A stretch of DNA of 63,099 nucleotides, filler included, from Octopus bimaculoides (GCF_001194135.2; 5 parts of 4 records of this genome joined end to end with filler, not necessarily neighbours in it), one strand, 5' to 3'. Numbered from the whole stretch's first letter, positions 25,213-38,861 are shown. Notes: generated from the letters alone by a model not told the origin. Program-made: numbers and translations.

Positions 25213-26039
25213 ATCTAATGTGCTTCTTTCCATCGTTTCTTAGAGCACGTGCTTTTGCAGTGTTTGTGTTTCATATTGAAGAAATAGTTGAAGACCCTTC
25301 TCACGCTTTCACGTCGGTCGTGATACCTTTTCTTCTAATTTAATTCTTAACTCCCTCCCGAATTTCTTTTGTTTGTCTCTACTTATCAAATCATTGTCCC
25401 AGTATCATAGTCATGTCTAGTGCTACCACATCGGTAGCTTTAGGTTTGCTGCCAGCGCTGTATCCAGTGTCCTAAGAGTGTTGAATAAATGGCTTTACTT
25501 CCACGGCGAACTTGGCCCCACGTTCGTTTATACTCATTACTTCGAGTACGGCAACGCTGTTCAGAGAGGAACGTAAGAAGTAGAGACCATTTACCTTTGT
25601 CTGTTAAATGGAGAATGAATTGCGTTTTCTCGGGAGTTGGGAAACCTATGAGGAGTCATTTCCGGCACGCAAAACCTTTGATGACTAAGTCAGAAGGCGG
25701 TTAAAGCGGGGGTGATTGTCAACAAACAACAGTGACCAGCGATGTAAAAGTAATATCTGAAGTCTGATCAAAGAAAAAAAAAAGAAAAAAGAAAAAGAGA
25801 AAACGAAAAGATAAGGTACGACATTGACTTCACCTGTTTGGAGAATGTCGTCGGTTCCAACACTTTGATGCTTTAATTCCCTTCATATTCCACTTTTTGC
25901 ATCAGGTATTTTGCTGTTGTATCTACTTTCAGGATCACAAAAGCATATTCTTCAAAGAAGAAACTAGAACATTAGTTGTTGGTCTAAAATTAGAAATGTC
26001 TGGTTAGGATTGTCTATTTCTTTTTTCTTTTTTTCTTTT

Positions 26040-26150
26040 TTTCGTTCTGTGTTCGAGTCACATTGAAGTTTTCTGACAAAATATCCATGCATGGCTTTCT
26101 GTTGAGAAACAGAAATTCTTTTATCTGATGTTCTGCAATTTACCTCACGT
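26040..26150 (-). mobile_element. Possible R4/Dong-like fragment
   Basis: Minus QQKAMHGYFVRKL resembles the K-x-x-HG-x-F motif preceding the CCHC knuckle; next to (TACA)n at 26200-26240. Confidence 0.4.
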
Positions 26151-26211
26151 ATGCAGACTTCATACATGGATGCATTTCGTTGCTACATGCATGCATGCAT
26201 ACATGCATACA

Positions 26212-26242
<31 letters not shown>

Positions 26243-27256
26243 GTGTATACGTATTTATTATTCTTCAACCAGAATATTATTGACAGTGATTTCGAAGTTC
26301 CGGCCAGCTGATCCATCGCCGGGTTNNNNNNNNNNNNNNNNNNNNNNNNNNNNNNNNNNNNNNNNNNNNNNNNNNNNNNNNNNNNNNNNNNNNNNNNNNN
26401 NNNNNNNNNNNNNNNNNNNNNNNNNNNNNNNNNNNNNNNNNNNNNNNNNNNNNNNNNNNNNNNNNNNNNNNNNNNNNNNNNNNNNNNNNNNNNNNNNNNN
26501 NNNNNNNNNNNNNNNNNNNNNNNNNNNNNNNNNNNNNNNNNNNNNNNNNNNNNNNNNNNNNNNNNNNNNNNNNNNNNNNNNNNNNNNNNNNNNNNNNNNN
26601 NNNNNNNNNNNNNNNNNNNNNNNNNNNNNNNNNNNNNNNNNNNNNNNNNNNNNNNNNNNNNNNNNNNNNNNNNNNNNNNNNNNNNNNNNNNNNNNNNNNN
26701 NNNNNNNNNNNNNNNNNNNNNNNNNNNNNNNNNNNNNNNNNNNNNNNNNNNNNNNNNNNNNNNNNNNNNNNNNNNNNNNNNNNNNNNNNNNNNNNNNNNN
26801 NNNNNNNNNNNNNNNNNNNNNNNNNNNNNNNNNNNNNNNNNNNNNNNNNNNNNNNNNNNNNNNNNNNNNNNNNNNNNNNNNNNNNNNNNNNNNNNNNNNN
26901 NNNNNNNNNNNNNNNNNNNNNNNNNNNNNNNNNNNNNNNNNNNNNNNNNNNNNNNNNNNNNNNNNNNNNNNNNNNNNNNNNNNNNNNNNNNNNNNNNNNN
27001 NNNNNNNNNNNNNNNNNNNNNNNNNNNNNNNNNNNNNNNNNNNNNNNNNNNNNNNNNNNNNNNNNNNNNNNNNNNNNNNNNNNNNNNNNNNNNNNNNNNN
27101 NNNNNNNNNNNNNNNNNNNNNNNNNNNNNNNNNNNNNNNNNNNNNNNNNNNNNNNNNNNNNNNNNNNNNNNNNNNNNNNNNNNNNNNNNNNNNNNNNNNN
27201 NNNNNNNNNNNNNNNNNNNGTGTATGTGTGTATATGTATGTATATGTATCTGTGTG

Positions 27257-27306
<50 letters not shown>

Positions 27307-27479
27307 CACACGTACACAAACACACACAAGTACACACATATATTAACTCAAATCAAATAACAAAAGAAGCGGGTGGCGGCGGGAGGATATTGGAGTAGCC
27401 ATTTCTATTAATATCATCCAATGAAAATCTAATAAATGTCATCGATTGGAGAAGTGTTCTGTAATCGATTACATAAATT

Positions 27480-28200
27480 CCAAAATCACATGGGAGGTTT
27501 CCGGAGACAAGCAAATCATAAACTTCCATTCATCCCTTGATTGCGCCATTATCTTTCCATTTGGGCCAGAATTCTTTGCCTATGTCACCTCCCGATTGTC
27601 TAGGAGACCTTTCTAGTGGTTTCTTCATATCCCTGGATACCCCTTGACAATTGCACAGGTCCACCTGTTGTCTGTGGCCCTTAAAATATGCCTAATGCAG
27701 CAAACCGTCTGCTTTCAGTATTCCTTGATCACATCGTTAATTCCACTTCCTTTCTCGAATTGCTTCATTTTCCATAAGTTTTCCTAGGGATTTTTCCTAG
27801 CAAGGATCTTTTTATGGCCGTCTATGTCGTAGCCAGTCGCTGTTTTTCCTTCCTCGTAGTAGCCCATGTCGCACTTGCAGAAAGAACACGGATAGAGCGT
27901 TGCTATTGAAGAGATAAGTACGCAAGTCCTTGTCCAACTTTGAGCATCTGCTTCATCGAAGCAAACACCTTCTGTTCTGCTCTAATTTAGCGCGAGATTT
28001 CAACCTTCATGTCTGTCTTTACTCAGCCACCAACATCCAAAACGTCCCGACTGTCGTAATTAACTGCCTGAAACTGTCAACATAATATGGTGACAGCAAG
28101 ATATAGAGGCTACAACTCTCTACGCACGCAATAACTGGCAACAGAGATGGCCCTGACGGTGCGCAACTGCACGGAAGCACATACTTCCTATGGTCCGATG
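27480..28200 (-). mobile_element. RTE-clade LINE, reverse transcriptase C-terminal region, decayed
   Basis: Minus frames DMKVEISR, DKDLRTYLFNSNALSVL, ATWATTRKEKQRL and HILRATDNRWT resemble RTE RT thumb and C-terminal motifs. Confidence 0.75.
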
Positions 28201-28499
28201 ACGTCATTCATACCCCAATAGTATGTTTTTCACACATATTGTCAATGTGTGTGTACGAACATGTTAAATATGATTGTACACGCCTATATACGTTGTACTA
28301 TATACACTACCCTGCTTTTGAGGTTTATTTACCAATATATGTATAATCATATATCTATATGTGCATACGTACGTGATGAGTGCGTGTGTATATCTATGTA
28401 TATAAGTCAGATATCAACAAAGAAGGCAATGATCAGGTTTATGTGAAGAGTAATTACAAAAACAAAAAAAAACAAAAAAATAGAGAGAGAAGAGACAGA

Positions 28500-28680
28500 A
28501 AAGAGAAGGAGAATGAACCAAAGAATCAAAGATATTTAGGGGTGCCACAAGACAGAACAGATGAAATAAGAACACTATCAAAACGCAATTGAAATCTAGG
28601 CCCATTTAAAAGAAAGGAGATCAAAGAGAATGGCAATAAAAACGCTATCAACACTTCTATATCCTCTGATATCTTAAGTC
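28500..28680 (+). mobile_element. Possible R4-type RT fragment
   Basis: RYLGVPQ and NKNAINT resemble the YKYLG and NKIKAINT motifs. Confidence 0.35.
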
Positions 28681-29928
28681 TTTTCTGGCAGGAATAGCGT
28701 TGTCCAGTTTCAAAATGTCTACATTTTTAGGAGATCAGATTATCTTTCATTATATATTTTATAGTTGATTCTTTAGTCAAGTCAGCATCTCTCCAGACTC
28801 CAGACTGTGATGATAAAACACTTCCAGTGAACAACATAAACCTGTTACATCTCGAGGATTATTTGTTTTGTTTTTGTTTTTTGTTGCTTTATTTTTGCAG
28901 TCCATTTATTCGTAAGCCCTTATTTTTTGCCAACATCGATCAACCAACCATTAAAGCTCTTCTTGTCATGTGATCCTCATAGTTTATGATAGGTTCACAA
29001 GTACAAGTTTATCACAATATGTAAATATGTGAGCGTTTTTTTTTATTTATTTAATAGATGCGGACACATACACACATGCATATATATATATATATATATA
29101 TANNNNNNNNNNNNNNNNNNNNNNNNNNNNNNNNNNNNNNNNNNNNNNNNNNNNNNNNNNNNNNNNNNNNNNNNNNNNNNNNNNNNNNNNNNNNNNNNNN
29201 NNNNNNNNNNNNNNNNNNNNNNNNNNNNNNNNNNNNNNNNNNNNNNNNNNNNNNNNNNNNNNNNNNNNNNNNNNNNNNNNNNNNNNNNNNNNNNNNNNNN
29301 NNNNNNNNNNNNNNNNNNNNNNNNNNNNNNNNNNNNNNNNNNNNNNNNNNNNNNNNNNNNNNNNNNNNNNNNNNNNNNNNNNNNNNNNNNNNNNNNNNNN
29401 NNNNNNNNNNNNNNNNNNNNNNNNNNNNNNNNNNNNNNNNNNNNNNNNNCATCGTCGGACAGCGATGCATTAGAGTTAGTCTTGCCTTTTTACAGTCTTT
29501 GTTGAGTTAAAATCATCTTTGGGTGTGTGGGTTTCGATGGCGATGGTAATCAGATTTTTATAGCTGGTTGTTATGGAAAGGTGTTTTGGAAAAATATGAA
29601 TTGATTAAATTTGGGATTATGTTATTGTTTAGAATTTAATCATCTATATAGAAGTTTGTGATGAAGATGTGTAGGTGTTTCTTTTCCGTTTGGTAGACGC
29701 AAGGTGTGAAAATATTTGTATATATATTGGAGCAATATACAATAAAACTACCTTGCAAGATAATTGGAAAGCCGAAAAATCAAATATATACGTGAATGTT
29801 TATGTATGTATGTATGTATATATGTTTGTGTATGTATGTTTGTGTATGTATGTACGTATAAGTGCGAGTATGTACGTTATACCTATGTATGTGTGTATGG
29901 ATCTGTTTGTTGATGTATGTACTATGTT

Positions 29929-30030
29929 CGAGGGGGGTGCTGAAATGTTCCTGGCTTTCGGTAAAAGAAAATACAAGAGGAATCAATCAATTATGATTTT
30001 ATTCAACATATTCTCTTCTCAGATATACAT
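29929..30030 (+). mobile_element. Mariner-type terminal fragment
   Basis: CGAGGGGGGTGCTGAAATGTTCCTGGCTTT resembles a mariner TIR; interrupted by the PLE fragment. Confidence 0.55.
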
Positions 30031-30039
30031 ATTTTATGG

Positions 30040-30469
30040 ATGTCGTGATATCCAACCGGTTTTCGCTATTTCAATTAGCTTTTTCAAGGGACATTGTGAA
30101 GTAATCAATTCTTGTGACAAAGGGGTCTTGCCATTTTGGATGGTTGAAAAGTAAGAATGAGTCTAGAGAGTAGACAAAGGGAGGCAACAGGTGGCAGTGG
30201 GGTGGGGGGACACCTAACTCCTCAGTATAGTTGTTGAAATAGGAATGTGTAAAGATCAGGTAGTCAAGTTTGTATATTAAGGTGTGGTCTGTACTTTTGT
30301 ATGAACAGGCTTTCCTTGTTTAGGCGTTTTTGTAAGGAGATTGAATCTTTGCATTGGTATAATGTAAAGATATGGAAATTTCTTTTATTTCTTGCGCATC
30401 TGTTCGCTCAGGGCTATCTGATTGTATTGAGGAAAACGAATCTCATTCTTACTTTTCAAACATCCAAAA
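30040..30469 (-). mobile_element. Penelope-like element 3' fragment with HHR
   Basis: Minus frame NFHIFTLYQCKDSISLQKRLNKESLFIQKYRPHLN (GIY-YIG tail) followed by a 3' region containing an HHR motif. Confidence 0.7.
30048..30094 (-). ncRNA. Minimal hammerhead motif, U3-A8 core variant, slightly degenerate
   Basis: Minus: atgtccc TTGAAAA a gcta-attgaaa-tagc GAAA a ccgg TT ggatat. Confidence 0.55.
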
Positions 30470-30473
30470 GCAT

Positions 30474-30670
30474 CCATGAGTTATCAGAGGATGTGCAGGT
30501 TAGTTAGGATTCAGTTCAGTCTATTATCATTGAAGACTTGGGTATGAGATGCGTGTCTGCCAAGTTTGTGCCAAAACTGCTTTCATCTGACCAAAAAGAC
30601 ACTCGGGTTTCAGTTGCACAAGATCTCCTTGATTGTGTCAAGTGCAATGAAAACTTTTTGAAAACTTTGC
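30474..30670 (+). mobile_element. Mariner transposase internal fragment
   Basis: IHELSEDVQVS*DSVQSIIIEDLGMRCVSAKFVPKLLSSDQKDTRVSVAQDLL (HTH plus WVPxxL-type linker). Confidence 0.85.
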
Positions 30671-30938
30671 GTAGGCCTCCGAGCTGGTTTCGCCAAGCTT
30701 TTGACAAAATTTGATTCGGATTCTCTACTTAACTTCCACTGTCATGGTGAATGCGACGATCACACGCTACACACCTTCCTTCCAAGCACTACTGTAAACA
30801 GCGGGAGTGAGCTAGAACGTTAAAACGTGATGCGCAGGCACGCGGAGTTCAAGCTTAATCTGTGCCAAGCGGCTTCATTCTGCGTGTTTTAACTTCATTA
30901 CTATGGCAACAGTCCAGATACTTATTGATTAGACCACG
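30671..30938 (-). mobile_element. Mariner 5' end (TIR, UTR and transposase start), opposite orientation
   Basis: Minus TA|CGTGGTCTAATCAATAAGTATCTGGACTG terminus; MTVEVK*RIRIKFCQKLGETSSEAYAK. Confidence 0.75.
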
Positions 30939-30992
30939 TATGTATAAGTAAATCGATAGATAGATAATAGATAGATAATAGATAGATAGATA

Positions 30993-31042
<50 letters not shown>

Positions 31043-31145
31043 GGACAGATATAAAGGGAAGGTTTCCTGTGGTTGACTTTTCATAAGCATAAGTAAAAGG
31101 GGGGTCAGATGCTAGTACATGTGTACTGTGGACTGATATTTTACA

Positions 31146-31186
<41 letters not shown>

Positions 31187-31415
31187 GCGCGCGCGCATGC
31201 ACACACATGTACAGAACCCTACGCACACTCGCACAAGCACAAGGATATACATATAAAGACTGAGGCAGTCTTTCATATATATAAACACACAAACGCACAA
31301 ATAGGAACCACACAAACAGCAACGCTAAACTCGCACATAACACAAACACAAACAGAAAATCGCGCAACAATAGTTAAAAAACAGAAAGCGTACACACGTG
31401 TGACTCGTGCATGCA

Positions 31416-31477
<62 letters not shown>

Positions 31478-32018
31478 CAGATACATCCACACGCGTACAC
31501 ACACGTACACACGCGTACATACGCAGAAACCAAGCAGAACAGAAGAGAGAGAGAAAAACCATCAAACGTCAGCCATTTTCTAAAGAGTAAGTTGTGAGCA
31601 TATGACCTGCATTTTGCAGTTTAGTACACGTGCACCACAGTCGTAAATGGCAACACTGTCTTCCTCTGCACCACTCCTCCCACCCATCGCTCTCCCACAC
31701 CCCTTCCTCCCCCTCCCGACTTTCTCTCTCTCTGTTTCTATGACATGTTACTCATGCTTGCTATCTATACGATATGCGAGTCTCTTGCTTACTAATCATT
31801 GTTGGCGACATGATAACACCGTCGCTACTTTCCTTGGGATTTCAGGATTGTAAATGTATTTAATCGATCTATCAATAAATCAATCGATCGATCGATCAAT
31901 CAATCAATCAAACAGTCAATCAAATAATTTATTTATCTATCTGTATAACTATTTATGTGTCTGTCCGTCTCTCTTTCAAGCCTATCTGCCTGTCTATGGC
32001 TGTTTGTCTACATAATGA

Positions 32019-32049
<31 letters not shown>

Positions 32050-32092
32050 ACATATATATATATATATATATACCTATCCACTCATGTATCTG

Positions 32093-32128
<36 letters not shown>

Positions 32129-32423
32129 ACATATATANNNNNNNNNNNNNNNNNNNNNNNNNNNNNNNNNNNNNNNNNNNNNNNNNNNNNNNNNNNNNNN
32201 NNNNNNNNNNNNNNNNNNNNNNNNNNNNNNNNNNNNNNNNNNNNNNNNNNNNNNNNNNNNNNNNNNNNNNNNNNNNNNNNNNNNNNNNNNNNNNNNNNNN
32301 NNNNNNNNNNNNNNNNNNNNNNNNNNNNNNNNNNNNNNNNNNNNNNNNNNNNNNNNNNNNNNNNNNNNNNNNNNNNNNNNNNNNNNNNNNNNNNNNNNNN
32401 NNNNNNNNNNNNNNNNNNNNNNN

Positions 32424-32454
<31 letters not shown>

Positions 32455-32501
32455 ACATATATATATATATATATATACCTATCCACTCATGTATCTATCT
32501 G

Positions 32502-32534
<33 letters not shown>

Positions 32535-32642
32535 AACCTAACTGTCTATCTGCCTGCTTGCCTGTATATCTGTCTGTCTGTGTATATGTATCTATCCATC
32601 TGTCCATCTCTTTCTCTCTATCTATCTATCTATCTATCTTGC

Positions 32643-32679
<37 letters not shown>

Positions 32680-32687
32680 GTACGTAC

Positions 32688-32722
<35 letters not shown>

Positions 32723-33009
32723 TGTATGTATGCATGTATGTATGCATGCGTGCGTGTGTGTTTGTGAGTATGCGTGTGTGTGTGTGTATGTGTGTGTATA
32801 ACCCTCAACAAGTACAACAATATCGGTTTCAACACAATTTCGAAATATGTATGCCTGTATTTATTCGCGTATGCATGCACGTTTGCACACACACACACAC
32901 ATACTCACACAGACATACTCACACACACACGTCTCTACACATATATATATATATATATATATATANNNNNNNNNNNNNNNNNNNNNNNNNNNNNNNNNNN
33001 NNNNNNNNN

Positions 33010-33021
33010 TTAATTAATTAA
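33010..33021. other. Assembly spacer TTAATTAATTAA
   Basis: N-flanked six-frame-stop motif. Confidence 0.9.
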
Positions 33022-33065
33022 NNNNNNNNNNNNNNNNNNNNNNNNNNNNNNNNNNNNNNNNNNNN

Positions 33066-33111
<46 letters not shown>

Positions 33112-33179
33112 TGTCCGAAATGTATAGTATTAAATATTCATCACAGATGGTTTTACGTAAAGAATACCATGGAGTGTTA

Positions 33180-33500
33180 GGTAACAATCCAATTATATAA
33201 CTTTATGTTCATCAGAGTTAGCCAATATGTAAGGGAATATAGCAGCTGCTCTCTACTAGCACAACTAATCAGTGGCTGCTGTGAAAAAGGTGGTGAAACA
33301 AAAAAAGGCCAGGTGATTGGTTTAGGAGTTATACCCCTTGATTGGTATGCTGTGAAGCTGGTTAGGGGTGGTGGGAAGTGCAGATTATGTCTGGCTGAGA
33401 AGAGAGCAATTTTAAAAGTACCAAATGCCCAGATGTTTGCCTGAATAGCAGAAGTGAGATGTTTAATCCTTGCCTGCATGAAAGCAAGTACATCCTATCG
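33180..33500 (+). mobile_element. Penelope-like GIY-YIG C-terminal fragment
   Basis: GGKCRLCLAEKRAILK and LNSRSEMFNPCLHESKY match the PLE endonuclease tail pattern. Confidence 0.8.
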
Positions 33501-33894
33501 TACCTGCACGCCCCACCATGACTGCAACAACTGGTCCTTGGCCTCAACCTTCCACCAATGCCCTCGGGCCTGGCAAAAAGTGTTTGACCAAAAGTACACA
33601 AAAATAAAGCCATGTACTCACGTGCAAGCCCCTATAAGACAGACATCTCACAAAATAGATTGATCTAATAAATAGAAAATTCTTATTCCTAAATCTCTGA
33701 ATGAGAGATGTTCAGTAATAGCATTCTAGAGCAAAGATTATTTGCCAACATAATGTGGCAGTCCTGGTTAGGACGACTGTTACTGTTATTTAACCCCAGG
33801 AAACATCGTCTCCAGCTGACTATATGACACACTATCTGTGTCCTCATATTTTTGAACAAGGGAGTTTAGCATCCTCACTCAGCTCAAAACAATA

Positions 33895-33937
<43 letters not shown>

Positions 33938-34343
33938 NNNNNNNNNNNNNNNNNNNNNNNNNNNNNNNNNNNNNNNNNNNNNNNNNNNNNNNNNNNNNNN
34001 NNNNNNNNNNNNNNNNNNNNNNNNNNNNNNNNNNNNNNNNNNNNNNNNNNNNNNNNNNNNNNNNNNNNNNNNNNNNNNNNNNNNNNNNNNNNNNNNNNNN
34101 NNNNNNNNNNNNNNNNNNNNNNNNNNNNNNNNNNNNNNNNNNNNNNNNNNNNNNNNNNNNNNNNNNNNNNNNNNNNNNNNNNNNNNNNNNNNNNNNNNNN
34201 NNNNNNNNNNNNNNNNNNNNNNNNNNNNNNNNNNNNNNNNNNNNNNNNNNNNNNNNNNNNNNNNNNNNNNNNNNNNNNNNNNNNNNNNNNNNNNNNNNNN
34301 NNNNNNNNNNNNNNNNNNNNNNNNNNNNNNNNNNNNNNNNNNN

Positions 34344-34391
<48 letters not shown>

Positions 34392-34419
34392 CACATATAT
34401 ATGTACATACAAATTTTTA

Positions 34420-34655
34420 AAAGCACCATCCAAATGTGGTCAATGCCAGCCCCCTCTAGCCCCTGTGCTCATGGCATGCAAAAAGCACCCACTACACTCT
34501 CAGAGTGGTTGGTGTTAGGAAGGGCATCCAACTGTAGAAACACTGCCAGAGTGGAGCCTGGTGCAGCCTCCTGGCTTCCTAGATCCCAGTAAAACCCTCC
34601 AACTCATGCCAGCATAGAAAACGGACGTTAAACGATGATGATGATGATGATGATA
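34420..34655 (+). mobile_element. RTE-type 3' tail ending in (GAT)n
   Basis: ggtgttaggaagggcatccaactgtagaaac...gaaaacggacgttaaacgatgatgat. Confidence 0.85.
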
Positions 34656-35020
34656 TATACAAATTAATATATATATATACATATATATATGTTATAATTT
34701 AGAACAAACAGTAAAAGGTTGGTCATTATAGTACTTGGAGTTTCAAATGTCGGAGTGAAGAGCTATGATACATTCTCATCAGCTATTAATGGCAACAAAC
34801 GCTATGTAAAACTTCTGAATAAAAGTAACTCTAACAGGTGGAAAAAAATAAATGAAAAATACATGCAACTATATTCTCACATTACATAGACATAAAACTT
34901 TCTGCATTTACGTCTACATACATATACACTCACACAAACAAGTATATGTACATACACACACAAACATATTTGTATGTACGTATTCATACATACACACATG
35001 TCCACACACACTTGCACATG

Positions 35021-35062
<42 letters not shown>

Positions 35063-35224
35063 CAACCTCATCCACATGTACACATAGGCACTTACATGCA
35101 TACACATAACATAATACATATATATTTAGACATTTATATGTATAAATATAGGTATATATATATATATATATACACGCACACAGACATACATTCACACTCC
35201 AGGGAATATATACAATGAAATTAA

Positions 35225-35640
35225 ATCAAAGAAATTCCCTCCCAATCAAAGACTTAGAAGACTTCGAACCAGATCTGCTGAAGCTTATAAACAAAATCAA
35301 ATTTGTAAGTCTTTTAACACTTTTCAACAGAAACTGAAAAAAGACATTAAAAACATAAAAAATCCCCCCCCACCAAAAAAAAATAGCACTTTTTTCTGAT
35401 AGAACAACGAACTTATACCTTGTAGACAACAGTCCATACTCACAACTCCTGCATGACAATGTTATTAGTAATTACACTAAAACTAGGCCACTAGTTTATA
35501 ATGACATTAATAAAGAAGCTAGTGTCATTGCCACTAGGTTTAAATTAGATAAAAAATAGTGATCTTTCCAAAAAAAGAGGCCTTTATAATTACTAAGGGC
35601 TATAAAAAGAACTTCCTATCTAATCATAAATGCAGACTAA
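35225..35640 (+). mobile_element. Penelope-like RT N-terminal fragment
   Basis: LPIKDLEDFEPDLLKLINKIKF, TFQQKLKKDIKNI, FSDRTTNLY, DINKEASVIATRFKLD, KKEAFIITKGYKKNFLSNHKCRL. Confidence 0.8.
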
Positions 35641-35869
35641 TGCAGTTTAAATGCATAACTAACTTATTCCATGAAACAGTACATAGTTGGTGATCCTTCT
35701 TAAGAACATAAATCACTTTCATGCAAATTGTATCCTCCACTTTCACTTCTGGACAAACAATAACTTCCATTATGCCAGTAATCCACTCCACTATATATAA
35801 GCTAACATCATCATCATCAGAGTGCATTATGCTTATCAACATAGCAAAATCATTCAGAGTTTACTGCTT

Positions 35870-36650
35870 CTCATAATAACAGCATACAAATTGACATATG
35901 AATTTTTCCACATCTCTTCATACATTACTAAAAAATGAAATTATACAATGCACACCTTCAAATTTCTATGTCTTCCATCTTATAAGTTCCTTAATTGTTA
36001 GCTCTTTTCTGCCATGCCATCAAAACAAAGACATTCTAATTATCTCCACAAACAAGGGCTGCAAAGAAAACTGCCTCTATTCGTGCTCAAGAAAACTCAC
36101 TTCAGCAATGCCCAAATGTACAATATTTCAAAACAATCACCGATGGCAGAAGTTCTGCTCCAAAATACATTTATTGTCTGGAATGAATGCATGATAGCAC
36201 ACTGTGGTACACTAGAAGCCCTAAATAGGTTACTAAGGGATATTAGAAACAATACTACCATTATGGGGGGGGGGGACATAACTGTTGTACTTGCAGGAGA
36301 TTTCTGTCAAATATTACCAGTCATACAATGGGGTACATGAGTTGGCAAGATCTATGAATGTCTGAAGTCTTCATTTCTGAGGAGGTTTGTTCATCAGCTT
36401 TCATTAAGCAAAAATATACGAGCTCATCTATACAACGACCTCTTAGCTGAGGAATTCTCTCATCAACTTCTACAAATTGGAAATAGCACCTTACCATTGA
36501 ATAACATCCTGCAACAGCATGTACTGCAATGTGGGCACATGGTGTCTATATTGGCTGAGCTTAAAGAAAAGGTATTTCCCACATTGCATGATAACTTAAA
36601 AAACATAACATGGTTTGCAGAGAGAGCTATTTTAGCACCTCGGAATGATG
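35870..36650 (+). mobile_element. Helitron Pif1-like helicase fragment
   Basis: NISKQSPMAEVL, FIVWNEC, LEALNRLLRDIRNN, VVLAGDFCQILPVI, FSHQLLQIGN, WFAERAILAPRNDV; stops where the LTR-like sequence begins. Confidence 0.92.
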
Positions 36651-36753
36651 TGTGACGATGTGAATGTTCCGAGTCCTCTCCCCACCCTGCCTTTCGCGAG
36701 AGTGCATTTTGTTTTCATATTCGTTCAGAGCAAGTCGTTTTACATCTATTACA
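36651..36753 (+). mobile_element. Short TG...CA LTR-like segment
   Basis: Begins tgtgacgatg and ends ctattaca; not similar to the putative 3' LTR. Confidence 0.35.
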
Positions 36754-36799
36754 CAATTTTTCTTTTGTTTCTTGGCTCCGGTGAGGCGTCTTGGAACTG

Positions 36800-38830
36800 A
36801 GAAGAGGTCAAACAAAGAGCGTCGAAGAGGGGTAGAACAAGGAACGTGTGCAACCATTCAAAGAGCAGTGTTTTCAGTGTCAGGGTTCGCACATGGCAAG
36901 GGATTGCAAGGAACCCAGGCCTGGAGTAATTTGCTATCGATGCAGACAGATAGGCCACATCGCTAGTGAATGCGTGTAGGGAAACATTCCAAGGGAGACT
37001 ACTGCACCGGTAGTCATCCTGTCGAAAGAATAGAGGTGCATATACAGTTGTTGCTAGTAGTAGAAGTCATGGTGAATGGAAAGGTGTCACGAGCCCTCGT
37101 GGACATGGGCTGCTCAACAACCCTAATGACTCCAGAGGTGGTAGAAGAATGGAGTGGAGTGTGTAGTGTAAAGGCTGTTGACGATACAGAAATTGAATGC
37201 AGAGGAAGTAGCAATGTGGAGATGGTGGTACAAAGAACAAGATCGAGGTTGTGTGCGATTGTGATTGATCGTGTAGTGCTCGGGATCAATGTGGTGATGG
37301 GGATGGATGCCATTGTCTGTTTGGGAGGTGTTACAGTCAATGAAGCCGGAGTAGCGTTTGGTGATGGAGAGATGGTATGTGCTGTGAGTCCGCAACAGGT
37401 GAGTGGTAAGAGTTGCGAAGAAAAATATGGTGCAGCAAGTTCGAGGGAGAGGTGGACTGGTGGATCAAGGAAGGTATTCTGATTCCTTGGAAGGAGGAAG
37501 TGAAGAGTGGAGTGCTACCACTCATGGCAGTGGTGCATCCGACGAAGCATAAAGTTAGGCCAGTATTGGCCTTCCGAGAGCTGAACGACCATGTATTGTG
37601 CCATACGGGCAACAAATAGAGTGAAGGCAGATGACAGGGGCCTCCACAATCATCGATTTGAAGTCGGTATACCTGCAGCTGCATGTGGCTGAGAGACTGG
37701 AGATATCAGCTGGTACGGTATAAGGGACAGACATACTGCCTGACCAGGTTGGGATTCGGGCTGAATTCAGCACCAAAGATTATGGCGACGTTTCTTAAAA
37801 CCATCCTGGGAAAGGCTGATAAAGTGAAAAGAGCCACCACTTCTTATATCGATGACATCCTGGTGGACAAGAGCATAGTGTCGGCAAAGGAGGTCATAAG
37901 TCACCTGAAGAGTTTTAGGCTAACTGCCAAACTGCCGGAGGTGATGGAAGGAGGAGCTGCACTGGAACTCAAGCTACAGAGAGACAAGGCTGGTGCATTG
38001 ACCCCACTCCGGGTGTGCATGAAGCAGGAAGCATTCCAGTGGAACACAACTGGAAACGACTGGCAGTGGACGTGACACACTACCAGCAGGGAACATACCT
38101 CTTGATGGTCGACTGCAGACTGGGTTGGTTGGCCAAATGAAGGGAGATGAAGATGGGGACCGCGGACGGAATCACAAGAATACTGAATGAGACATTACTA
38201 GAACGAGGCCCCATGGATGAACTGTTTATAGACAATGGCACTGTGTTTCACTCAGGTGATGGGGGAAATGCTTGACAAGTGGCATGTCAGCTGTTTCTTC
38301 AGGGCAGCATACCTGCCAAGTGGCAATGAGGTTGTGGAGAGGCATCGTTGTACCATCGAGACCATTGCAGAAAGGGGCCACATTTCACCGGTCGAAGCCT
38401 TGTTTTGGTATAATATGTCGCCCAGGATGGGACAGGCTGAGGAGTCAGTGCCACACAGGGCAATATTCAAGTATGAGTGGAGACATCCATATACTGCGTC
38501 GCTGCATCTCAAAGAAGAGAAAGAGCATGCCTTTGTGCAGGTCAGGGAAGAAGTTTGGGTTAAACCCCCAAATGCATGGTGCACATCACAGTGGGGAAAG
38601 GGGATAATAACCTCTGTGAATTTGAGGAACAATATGTCTGTAGATGGCATGCCATGACATGTTTTGGATGTGTGTAGGATCATCACTGTGACAGAGAATG
38701 GGGCCAACAGTAATGGACAAGATGACGAACCTGGCAGCAACATGCTAGGAACTGAGGCCAGTCCTGAAGTTCCATGGTGGTCACAGAGGGAGCAGTGCCC
38801 TCCTCACTGGTTGGCTGGTTATGAGACAAG
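36800..38830 (+). mobile_element. Ty3/Gypsy LTR retrotransposon internal region, decayed and internally deleted
   Basis: Two CCHC knuckles (CFQCQGSHMARDC, CYRCRQIGHIASEC), protease ALVDMGCS, RT (VRPVLAFRELN, RLGFGLNSAP, YIDDILV) and integrase (DVTHY, IDNGTVF, VERH); RNase H not seen. Confidence 0.92.
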
Positions 38831-38861
38831 TTAAGGCATGTGGTCAAGGTTGAGAAGAGGG

